36,698 nucleotides of DNA from the NCBI GenBank assembly GCA_016181165.1, contig JACOZU010000003.1, positions 1 to 36,698 on the forward strand, read 5' to 3'. Source of the stretch: Candidatus Woesebacteria bacterium (GTDB lineage: Bacteria; Patescibacteriota; Microgenomatia; UBA8517). Below are positions 19,011-26,275 of the stretch, piece by piece. The notes beneath the pieces were generated by a model, which worked only from the letters and a program-made list of their open reading frames with translations, was not told the origin of the DNA and did not search any database. How positions within the stretch are numbered: position 1 is the first letter of the stretch; every line of letters begins with the position of its first letter. The translations under genes and the position numbers were made by a program.

Positions 19011-20282
19011 ATGGCAAAAATAGCGCGTATTTGGTCTAGAGAAATTCTCGATTCCAGGGGTATTCCAACTGTTGAAACTGCCTGTATGCTTGATTCGGGT
19101 CACGTGGCCGTAGCCTCCGTTCCTGCAGGAACCTCGACTGGCACTCATGAAGCCCAGGAGCTCAGGGACCAAGACCCGAAAAGATATTTGGGGAAGGGAG
19201 TTTTACAGGCGGTCTCAAACGTCAACTCGCAACTTGGACCGGCTATTGTCGGAATGGAGGTGACCGATCAGGAAGGAGTTGATGCAAGGCTGATCCAACT
19301 CGATGGAACTGATAATAAAACAAAGTTCGGAGCCAATTCGATTCTTTCAATCTCCACGGCCGTTTCAAAGGCCGGAGCAGTAGCCTCGAGTCAGGCTTTA
19401 TATATTTGGATTAACTATCTTGCCCAGAAATTGGGATTAAAGCCTCCCTTGAGAATGCCGATACCTCTTTTCAATATGATTGACGGGGGACTCCATGGAG
19501 CCGGAAACTTAGATTTTCAGGAATTCCTTATCATTCTTGCTTCCTCAAAAACTTTTTCTCAAAGTATCCAAGCCGGGGTCGAAATTTATTTGACAATAGG
19601 GGAGAGCTTGGCAAGGCGCGGAGCTATCCACTCGGTAGGAAATGAGGGAGGATATGCCCCAAATCTATTCACCAACGCGGATGCTTTGGAAGTTTTGGTC
19701 GAGTCAATTAAGCAAACTTCTTATTCTTTGGGTCGGGATGTATTTTTGGGCCTTGACGTTGCCGCCAATTCCTTTGCCAAAGACGGAGAATATGTCATCA
19801 AAGACAAATCCTCCCCTCTGGATGAGAATCAGATGCTTGAATACTACCAATCTCTAAATGAACAATATAGACTTGCCGTTCTTGAGGATCCACTTTCGGA
19901 AGACGCCTGGAGCGGCTGGAAAAAGCTTAACGAGCTTCTTTCTAGCCAGCTTCTTATTGTTGGAGATGATCTCTTGGCGACAAGTCCTAAAAGAGTAGAA
20001 AAAGCTATTGCCGAAAAATCTTGTAACTCGATACTCGTAAAACCGAATCAGATAGGCACCATTACGGAGACAATTAAGGTAATAAAAATGGCAAGGGACG
20101 CCGGCTGGAAAATTATTGTTTCTCACCGCTCTGGCGAAACCAATGACCACTTTATTGCCGATTTTGCCGTCGGGGTTGGAGCTGAATATTGCAAATTTGG
20201 TGCTCCGGCCAGAGGTGAAAGGGTCGCTAAATATAACCGCCTATCGGCAATAGAGCTCGAACTATCCCGCCTTAGAAGATGA
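19011..20282 (+). CDS. eno: Enolase
   Basis: IWSREILDSRGIPTVE, SVPAGTSTGTHEAQELRD, DVAANSF, VGDDLLATS, KPNQIGTITET and SHRSGETND are all enolase signature blocks. Confidence 0.95.
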   Translation: MAKIARIWSREILDSRGIPTVETACMLDSGHVAVASVPAGTSTGTHEAQELRDQDPKRYLGKGVLQAVSNVNSQLGPAIVGMEVTDQEGVDARLIQLDGTDNKTKFGANSILSISTAVSKAGAVASSQALYIWINYLAQKLGLKPPLRMPIPLFNMIDGGLHGAGNLDFQEFLIILASSKTFSQSIQAGVEIYLTIGESLARRGAIHSVGNEGGYAPNLFTNADALEVLVESIKQTSYSLGRDVFLGLDVAANSFAKDGEYVIKDKSSPLDENQMLEYYQSLNEQYRLAVLEDPLSEDAWSGWKKLNELLSSQLLIVGDDLLATSPKRVEKAIAEKSCNSILVKPNQIGTITETIKVIKMARDAGWKIIVSHRSGETNDHFIADFAVGVGAEYCKFGAPARGERVAKYNRLSAIELELSRLRR

Positions 20283-21940
20283 ATTCTGATAAATCCACTA
20301 AATTTGTCTGCCTCGTTGTCCTTGACGGCTGGGGAATTTCGGCGCCGGGGCCTGGAAACGCCATTTCTCTGGCAAACACCGTGAATATGAATAGATTTTG
20401 GGCCTCCTTCCCGCACACCCAATTAGACGCATCGGGTGAGGCGGTCGGTCTTCCCCGGGGTGAGGCGGGAAATACGGAAACGGGACACCTTAACTTGGGG
20501 GCCGGCCGAATTGTTTATCAGGACCTGGCTCGAATAAACATGTCTATCGCTGATGGCGCCTTTTTAAAAAATCCGACTTTACTAGCTGCCATTGAACACG
20601 CCAAAAAAAATAACTCAAACCTTCACTATCTGGGCTTAATCGGTGCAGGCGGAGTTCATTCAAACCTTGAACACCTGTATGCTCTTATTCAACTTGCCGC
20701 CCAGCAATCTTTCAAAAACGTCTATCTTCATTTATTCACCGACGGGAGGGATTCTCCCCCGACCTCAGCCAAAACATACATAAATTCGGTCAGAGAGGTA
20801 ATTGCACGGGAGGGAGTCGGGGCTATCGCCTCTCTGATGGGAAGATACTGGGCAATGGATAGGGACCTCAGGTGGGACAGAACCGAAAGGGCTTATCTGG
20901 CTTTAACGAAAGGCCAAGGGCATCTGGTTAAAACGCCCGAAGAAGCATTAGATATGTCCTATTCCCAAGGCAAAACCGACGAGTTTATAGAGCCAAGCAT
21001 TATCACAAATTCGGAAGGTACTCCCATAACCTGGATTAAAAATGGAGATGCAGTCATTTTTTTCAATTTCAGGATAGATCGGCCCAGACAACTTTCGCGA
21101 GCATTCATTTTTAAGGACTTTACCAAGGCTAATTTAGATTTTGGATACGATCCGTATCTTGTTAAGTATGCGAAGAAGCACGAGGTTGAACTGCACCCAG
21201 TGCAGGAACCTTTCTCGCGGGGACCCCAGTTGCAAAATCTTTTTTTTGCAATGATGACCGACTATGGAAAAACCCTGCTAGAAAACGGAGCCAGGGTAGC
21301 CTTCCCCCCAGAAATAGTCGACATGCCTTTAGGCAGGGTGATTGCGAAAGCCAAAAAAAAGCAGCTGAGAGTGGCTGAATCGGAAAAGGAAAGATTCGTC
21401 ACTTTTTATTTCAACGGCCGGCAGGAAACGGCTTTTGAGGGGGAAGACAGATTCATTACTTCCTCGCCAAAGGTAGCCACCTACGACCTAAAACCGGAAA
21501 TGTCAGCCAGGGAGCTCACCGATTCTTTACTGGCTAAATTAAGAGAGGAAAATCAGCAGTACTCTTTTATACTGGTCAACTTTGCCAATCCCGATATGGT
21601 CGCCCACACCGGCAGCATCGGCCCGGCGGTCAAGGCCTGCGAAGTGGTGGACGAATGTGTTGGAAAAATAACCAATACGGTTCTTGCCTACGGAGGCAGT
21701 TTACTGATTACGGGAGACCATGGAAACGCCGAGGAAATGATCGACGCCCAGTCGGGGGCAATCGAAACCGAACACTCAACCAACCCGGTACCCTTTATCA
21801 TTGTTGCAAAAGAGTATCTGGGAAACCCGTTGAATCTCCCGGCAGGAATTTTGGCCGACGTTGGCCCGACGGTTCTGGCTCTTCTCGGGCTTCCCCAGCC
21901 TACCAGCATGACCGGAAGAAACCTGTTAGAATCTCTCTGA
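20279..21940 (+). CDS. gpmI: 2,3-bisphosphoglycerate-independent phosphoglycerate mutase
   Basis: 553 aa. LVVLDGWG, GNTETGHLNLGAGR, HLFTDGRDSPP, NFANPDMVAHTG and ITGDHGNAE are iPGM metal and catalytic motifs. ATGA overlap with eno. Confidence 0.9.
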   Translation: MNSDKSTKFVCLVVLDGWGISAPGPGNAISLANTVNMNRFWASFPHTQLDASGEAVGLPRGEAGNTETGHLNLGAGRIVYQDLARINMSIADGAFLKNPTLLAAIEHAKKNNSNLHYLGLIGAGGVHSNLEHLYALIQLAAQQSFKNVYLHLFTDGRDSPPTSAKTYINSVREVIAREGVGAIASLMGRYWAMDRDLRWDRTERAYLALTKGQGHLVKTPEEALDMSYSQGKTDEFIEPSIITNSEGTPITWIKNGDAVIFFNFRIDRPRQLSRAFIFKDFTKANLDFGYDPYLVKYAKKHEVELHPVQEPFSRGPQLQNLFFAMMTDYGKTLLENGARVAFPPEIVDMPLGRVIAKAKKKQLRVAESEKERFVTFYFNGRQETAFEGEDRFITSSPKVATYDLKPEMSARELTDSLLAKLREENQQYSFILVNFANPDMVAHTGSIGPAVKACEVVDECVGKITNTVLAYGGSLLITGDHGNAEEMIDAQSGAIETEHSTNPVPFIIVAKEYLGNPLNLPAGILADVGPTVLALLGLPQPTSMTGRNLLESL

Positions 21941-21957
21941 ACGGAAGGTTGTTATTC

Positions 21958-22584
21958 ATGGAAGCTATCACCAATTTTTTTGTCGATAATCTCACCTCGC
22001 TGATTAGTACTTACGGAGTTGGGGCGGTCTTTGTCCTTATGACTTTGGAATCCGCCCTTGTTCCAATCCCGTCCGAGGTTACCATGCCCTTTGCCGGATT
22101 TTTAGCGGGCAGGGGGATATTGGACTTCTGGCTGGTTGTTTTTATTGGAGCCCTGGGAAATTTAGCTGGATCTCTTCTCGCCTACTGGCTTGGTTTTGCT
22201 AAGGGCGAGGCGTCGGTGAGGTTTGCAATTAGAAAATGGGGTAAATGGCTTTTAATGAGGGAGGAAGAATACGACAAGGCAAAAGCCTGGTATATAAAAT
22301 ACGGTCAGGCCGTAACCTTTACCTCAAGACTTCTGCCCATTGTCAGGACTTTCATTTCACTTCCGGCTGGTATTGCCAAAATGAACCTGACTTACTTTTC
22401 TGCCCTAACCTTTATAGGTTCCTTTGTTTGGTCCGCCTTCCTGGCCTGGTTGGGACTTAAACTCGGACAAAACTGGCTCGCCATCGAGCCTTATTTTAGG
22501 AAGTTTCAAATTGTCATCGTCGGACTGGGGGTTTTAGCCGCTTTCTTCTACGTTAGGACCCACGTTAAAAGGCGTCGCGCCTAA
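21958..22584 (+). CDS. dedA: DedA/SNARE-associated family membrane protein
   Basis: Starts at ATG 21958 (MEAITNFF...). The ORF-track start at 21655 is an in-frame read-through overlapping gpmI. ESALVPIPSEVTMPFAGFLAGRG plus LLPIVRTFISLPAGIAKM are typical DedA motifs. Confidence 0.8.
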   Translation: MEAITNFFVDNLTSLISTYGVGAVFVLMTLESALVPIPSEVTMPFAGFLAGRGILDFWLVVFIGALGNLAGSLLAYWLGFAKGEASVRFAIRKWGKWLLMREEEYDKAKAWYIKYGQAVTFTSRLLPIVRTFISLPAGIAKMNLTYFSALTFIGSFVWSAFLAWLGLKLGQNWLAIEPYFRKFQIVIVGLGVLAAFFYVRTHVKRRRA

Positions 22585-23201
22585 TTTCTTCCGTACCTTC
22601 GGATTAAACCGACCACTTTTCCTTGAATTCTGACTTTTTTGACGAAGATTGGGCTCATTTTGGCATTGGCCGGCTCAAGCCTGATTCTGGTTGCCTCTTT
22701 AAAGAATCTTTTTAAGGTGGCCATGCCGTTGTCAAGGAGGGCGACGACTATTTCTCCGTCGGTTGCATTATCCGTTTGCTCAATAACGACATAATCGCCG
22801 TCCCTGATCTGCTCTTCAATCATGCTCTCGCCGCGAACCTGAAGAACATAAACTCTTTTCGTTTTGGAGGTAAAATCGGCAGGAATGGCCATGGTGGCGT
22901 TGGGGTCGGTGTAGGGTTCAATCGGGGCCCCGGCCGCAATAAAGCCCAAAATGGGCACAGCCATCCCTTCTTCCTGAAAGCTGACCGGACCGGTGATATC
23001 AATGGCTCGAGTTTTCCCTTGTTTTCTTTTTATTAGACCCTTTTCTTCGAGGGCGGCCAGGTGTTCGTGGACGGTAGCTAGGGAAGAGACGCCGATGGCC
23101 TCGGCAATTTGTCTCAAGGTGGGAGCGCTACCCGTTGCCTGGATATGCTGCTTAATAAAATCTAAAATTTGTCCTTGTCTTTTGTAGATAATCGGAGCCA
23201 T
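22581..23201 (-). CDS. lexA: LexA repressor (S24 self-cleaving peptidase)
   Basis: Winged-helix N-terminus (GSAPTLRQIAEAIGVSSLATVHEHLAALEEKGLIKR), cleavage-site-like IAAGAP, catalytic Ser in VRGESM and Lys in GKVVGLIRR. ATG 23201 is preferred, because the ORF-track TTG at 23237 coincides with a perfect TTGACA -35 box. Confidence 0.9.
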   Translation of the reverse strand: MAPIIYKRQGQILDFIKQHIQATGSAPTLRQIAEAIGVSSLATVHEHLAALEEKGLIKRKQGKTRAIDITGPVSFQEEGMAVPILGFIAAGAPIEPYTDPNATMAIPADFTSKTKRVYVLQVRGESMIEEQIRDGDYVVIEQTDNATDGEIVVALLDNGMATLKRFFKEATRIRLEPANAKMSPIFVKKVRIQGKVVGLIRRYGRN

Positions 23202-23208
23202 ATATTTC

Positions 23209-23237
23209 AAAATACAAACAAAACCCGAAGCTGTCAA
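23209..23237 (-). promoter_or_regulatory. Putative lexA promoter: TTGACA, 17-nt spacer, TATTTT, then 7 nt to ATG (leaderless geometry)
   Basis: The minus strand reads TTGACA gcttcgggttttgtttg TATTTT gaaatat ATG. There is no Shine-Dalgarno between the -10 and the ATG. Confidence 0.4.
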
Positions 23238-23260
23238 GACCCAAAATTAACCCAATGCTA

Positions 23261-23269
23261 TGGTAAACT
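23261..23269 (+). promoter_or_regulatory. Putative uvrB extended -10 promoter (TGgTAAACT), 7 nt upstream of ATG
   Basis: TG at 23261-23262, TAAACT at 23264-23269, the 7 nt gcttaat, then ATG 23277. No Shine-Dalgarno is present. Confidence 0.35.
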
Positions 23270-23276
23270 GCTTAAT

Positions 23277-25085
23277 ATGAAATTTAAAATTGAGTCCCGT
23301 TTTAGCGGGAAAACTTTTACAATGGCCAATGTGATTGAAAGGTTGCAAAGGCCGACTTTAATCATTTCCCACAATAAAACCCTGGCGGCCCAGCTTTATC
23401 AGGAACTTCGGGATTTCTTTCCGGATAATGCCGTCTCCTACTTTGTCTCCTACTATGACTTTTACCAGCCCGAAGCTTATATCCCTTCAACCGATACTTA
23501 TATCGAAAAAGACTCGGATATCAACGAACTGATCGATAAGCTTAGGCTGGCTGCAACCACCAACCTTTTAACGAGGAAGGATACAATAGTCGTTGCCTCT
23601 GTTTCCTGCATCTATAACATCGGCTCCCCTCGGGAATACGGCCACTTTGTTTTTGAATTTAGAGAAGGAATGAGAGCAGAGAGAAAGCAGATAATCGACA
23701 GACTCATCGATTTGCAATACGAGCGTGGCGACTTCGGCTTTCATCGAGGAACATTTAGGGTCAGGGGCGATGCCATCGACATCTACCCTTCATATCAGGA
23801 CGAGGGGGTTCGAATAGAACTGAGGAGAGAGACAATCAAGAAGGTCTCCCTGATCAATACCGTTACCGGGAAAACCACGATTGGTTGGTTAAAGAATTTT
23901 ATTCTCTACCCGGCCAAACACTTCATCACCGACCCGGCCAAGCATCAATCTAGCTTCGATGAAATTAGGACGGATTTGCAAAAACAGCTAGCCAAGTTTA
24001 AAAAAGAAGGCAAACTTTTGGAAGCTCAAAGACTGACCCAAAGAGTCAATTACGACCTAGAGATGATTCAAGAAGTTGGCTATGTTAAAGGAATTGAGAA
24101 CTATTCAAGGTATTTTGACGGCCGGGCTCCGGGGGATGCCCCTTATTCTCTTCTTGACTACTTCTCGGCCCCATATGCTCGCGACTGGCTGGTCATCGTT
24201 GATGAGAGCCACATGACTTTCCCTCAAGTTAGAGGGATGTATAACGGCGACTTAGTAAGAAAGAAAACCCTTGTTGATTATGGTTTTAGACTGCCGGCGG
24301 CCTTGGACAATCGACCTCTAAGGTTTGAGGAATTTATGAGAAGAATTCCCAATTTCATTGCCACCAGTGCCACACCGGCTGAGTGGGAAATATCCATGGC
24401 CAAGGGCAAGCTCACCCAGCAGCTTTTAAGACCAACCGGAATTCCGGACCCGGAAGTAGAAATACGCCCGACCAAAAATCAAGTAGCTGATGCCTATTTG
24501 CACTCCGACGTTAAAACTCTTGATCGGGGAGACATTTTGGACGACTTAAGGCTGGGAAAATACGATGTTTTGGTTGGAATCAATCTTCTTAGGGAGGGAC
24601 TCGACCTTCCCGAAGTTTCTCTTGTGGCTATTCTTGATGCGGACAAAGAAGGGTTTTTGCGTAGCGACGTAACACTCATTCAAACGATGGGTCGAGCCGC
24701 CAGACACGCCCAAGGACGGGTAATTATGTATGCCGACCGAATTACTGGAAGTATGAGGAAGGCCTTGAGCGAAGTCGAAAGGCGCAGGAAGTATCAGACA
24801 AAAATGAATAAAAAATACGGAATTACGCCAAAATCAATCGAAAAACCCATTCGCGAAAAGCTAATTGAAAAAGAGGAAGAAACGGCAGTCGAAAAATTGT
24901 TTGGAAAGAAAGAGTCGACCTTGATGAAAGTCCCGCACCTTGACCTGGACGGATTAACGCCGATGGACAAAAGAAGGCTTGTCTTAAGTCTCCGTCGAGA
25001 GATGCTTTTGGCCGCGCAGGACTTAAACTTCGAACTGGCAGCGGAGATAAGGGATAAGATAAAAGGAATTAGCTTTGTTAATTAA
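23277..25085 (+). CDS. uvrB: Excinuclease ABC subunit B carrying two in-frame internal deletions relative to canonical UvrB (possibly non-functional)
   Basis: 602 aa from ATG 23277. It is collinear with E. coli UvrB across SGKTFTMANVI, NKTLAAQLY, YFVSYYDFYQPEAY, DESH, GFRLPAALDNRPL, VGINLLREGLDLPEVSLVAILDADKEGFLRS and the C-terminal UVR domain. About 31 aa are missing between codons 9 and 10, and about 40 aa are missing after codon 406. Confidence 0.85.
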   Translation: MKFKIESRFSGKTFTMANVIERLQRPTLIISHNKTLAAQLYQELRDFFPDNAVSYFVSYYDFYQPEAYIPSTDTYIEKDSDINELIDKLRLAATTNLLTRKDTIVVASVSCIYNIGSPREYGHFVFEFREGMRAERKQIIDRLIDLQYERGDFGFHRGTFRVRGDAIDIYPSYQDEGVRIELRRETIKKVSLINTVTGKTTIGWLKNFILYPAKHFITDPAKHQSSFDEIRTDLQKQLAKFKKEGKLLEAQRLTQRVNYDLEMIQEVGYVKGIENYSRYFDGRAPGDAPYSLLDYFSAPYARDWLVIVDESHMTFPQVRGMYNGDLVRKKTLVDYGFRLPAALDNRPLRFEEFMRRIPNFIATSATPAEWEISMAKGKLTQQLLRPTGIPDPEVEIRPTKNQVADAYLHSDVKTLDRGDILDDLRLGKYDVLVGINLLREGLDLPEVSLVAILDADKEGFLRSDVTLIQTMGRAARHAQGRVIMYADRITGSMRKALSEVERRRKYQTKMNKKYGITPKSIEKPIREKLIEKEEETAVEKLFGKKESTLMKVPHLDLDGLTPMDKRRLVLSLRREMLLAAQDLNFELAAEIRDKIKGISFVN

Positions 25086-25092
25086 AAGTAGT

Positions 25093-25311
25093 ATGCTATT
25101 ATCAAAATATATGGAGGATTTGGAAGCTAAATTTATCAAGAAATATGCAAATTTGCCTTGGGGAGCCAGAGAAGAAATTATAGCTGTTATTGATGGCAAA
25201 AATTTTACCTGGAACTCTGCTAATATAGAGATAGATAGAGGGAAAGAAGGCCCCACCGAAATAGGTCAGAAAATACTAAAACAATTACAAGACCTGAGAA
25301 TTTTTGAATGA
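25093..25311 (+). CDS. Small hypothetical protein, cassette ORF1 (66-78 aa depending on start)
   Basis: The ORF is open from TTG 25075, with ATGs at 25093 and 25111. TGcTATTAT at 25094-25102 followed by 8 nt and ATG 25111 suggests a leaderless start at 25111. The stop overlaps the next start (ATGA 25308-25311). No family was recognised. Confidence 0.45.
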   Translation: MLLSKYMEDLEAKFIKKYANLPWGAREEIIAVIDGKNFTWNSANIEIDRGKEGPTEIGQKILKQLQDLRIFE

Positions 25312-25595
25312 CAAGCCAAAGAGAAAAAGACGTACTAAAAGACGAGAGATTGAGACTGCAAGTTCAGAAACTAGTAATAGCAAGGCTTTCTGCTATTCCG
25401 AAAGATTTACAGATATCCGTTGGCTCCAAACAATATACGGTAGAGGACCTCCAAAAATTCGTAAAAGAGGATAACGAAATAGGAAGACAGCTGATGGAGA
25501 GTCAACTAAAGTACCTTAGAGAAATGGCTTCTGGGAAAATTTATAAGATGTGGTCAAATGAGCAAGACAATACTTATAACCAGGCCAAATTATGA
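25308..25595 (+). CDS. Small hypothetical protein, cassette ORF2 (95 aa), apparent distant paralog of ORF1
   Basis: ATGA-coupled to ORF1. It shares the pattern I-x-V-x-x-K-x-[FY]-T ... EIG-[QR] ... L with ORF1 (IAVIDGKNFT...EIGQKILKQL versus ISVGSKQYT...EIGRQLMESQL). Confidence 0.5.
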   Translation: MTSQREKDVLKDERLRLQVQKLVIARLSAIPKDLQISVGSKQYTVEDLQKFVKEDNEIGRQLMESQLKYLREMASGKIYKMWSNEQDNTYNQAKL

Positions 25596-26205
25596 GGAGA
25601 AGTTAAATTTTTTGTTCTTTTGGTCACAAACCGTTGTTGACTTAGCCAGAAAAAAGAATTTTGTTGTTTTAGACCTTAGATCAGAAAAATCTAACAAGAA
25701 AGACTTTGATAGCTATATTAAAAAGAATAATCCTTCCTTTGTGTTTTTCAACGGCCACGGATCAGCTCGTTTAATTACTGGTCATAACGACGAACCTCTT
25801 GTCTGTGCAGATAAAGATGAAGACCTCCTGAAAGATAAAATTGTATATTCTAGAACTTGTGAAAGCGCCCTTGTTCTTGGTAACCAATGTGTAAAAAACG
25901 GCACTAAGACTTTTATTGGTTACATAAGCCCCTTCGTTTTTTTCTACTCTAAGTCTTCTGTCTTGCACCCTCTTGGGGATGACATATGCAGGCAGTTCCT
26001 AGAACCCACTAACTTAATAGCAATTAAACTGCTTAAGGGCCATACCTCTAGAGAGGCAAACGAATATTCAAAAATAGCAATGTTAAAGAACGTTTTTTCA
26101 ATGTTGTCAAGTGCGTCAACTTTAGGTGAAAAGACCGTCGCGTCGTTCTTGTGGGGAAATATTACGAGTCAGGTGTTAATTGGTAATCCTAATGCAATGA
26201 TATGA
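25558..26205 (+). CDS. Hypothetical 215-aa protein, cassette ORF3; putative clan-CD (caspase/legumain/gingipain-like) cysteine peptidase fold
   Basis: Alternating strand/helix pattern: TILITRP, FVVLDL, FVFFNGHGS (His67, 25756-25758) and KIVYSRTCES (Cys101, 25858-25860). Compare legumain ..TDHGS.. / ..EACESGS.. and gingipain ..TGHGSE... No signal peptide. It overlaps ORF2 by 38 nt. The confidence refers to the gene being real; confidence in the fold call is about 0.35. Confidence 0.55.
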   Translation: MSKTILITRPNYEEKLNFLFFWSQTVVDLARKKNFVVLDLRSEKSNKKDFDSYIKKNNPSFVFFNGHGSARLITGHNDEPLVCADKDEDLLKDKIVYSRTCESALVLGNQCVKNGTKTFIGYISPFVFFYSKSSVLHPLGDDICRQFLEPTNLIAIKLLKGHTSREANEYSKIAMLKNVFSMLSSASTLGEKTVASFLWGNITSQVLIGNPNAMI

Positions 26206-26232
26206 TTCTTCTCGTCGGATTTAACTAATCTT

Positions 26233-26241
26233 TGTTATAAT
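26233..26241 (+). promoter_or_regulatory. Putative uvrA extended -10 promoter (TGtTATAAT)
   Basis: TG at 26233-26234 and TATAAT at 26236-26241, followed by a 34-nt leader with a GATGGGG SD-like element 7 nt before ATG 26276. Confidence 0.35.
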
Positions 26242-26275
26242 CATCATACCGTCGGTAAGCCGATGGGGCGTTTGC

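Noticed and set aside
21655-21957. 101-codon N-terminal extension of the dedA ORF in the ORF track
   Set aside because: It lies entirely inside gpmI in another frame and encodes an Arg/Gly-rich, non-membrane sequence. The conserved DedA sequence begins at ATG 21958, downstream of the gpmI stop.
23169-23276. 36-codon upstream extension of uvrB (and the 12-codon TTG extension of lexA to 23237)
   Set aside because: The uvrB extension would run through the lexA start and the promoter region and has no UvrB similarity. The lexA TTG coincides with a perfect TTGACA -35 hexamer, so internal ATGs 23277 and 23201 were chosen.
23202-23276. Search for canonical SOS boxes (CTGT-N8-ACAG, GAAC-N4-GTTC, TTTG-N5-CAAA) between lexA and uvrB
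   Set aside because: None is present on either strand. A CTGT at 23231-23234 has no ACAG partner at N8. Only weak AT-rich inverted repeats remain, and they are reported as candidates rather than as features.
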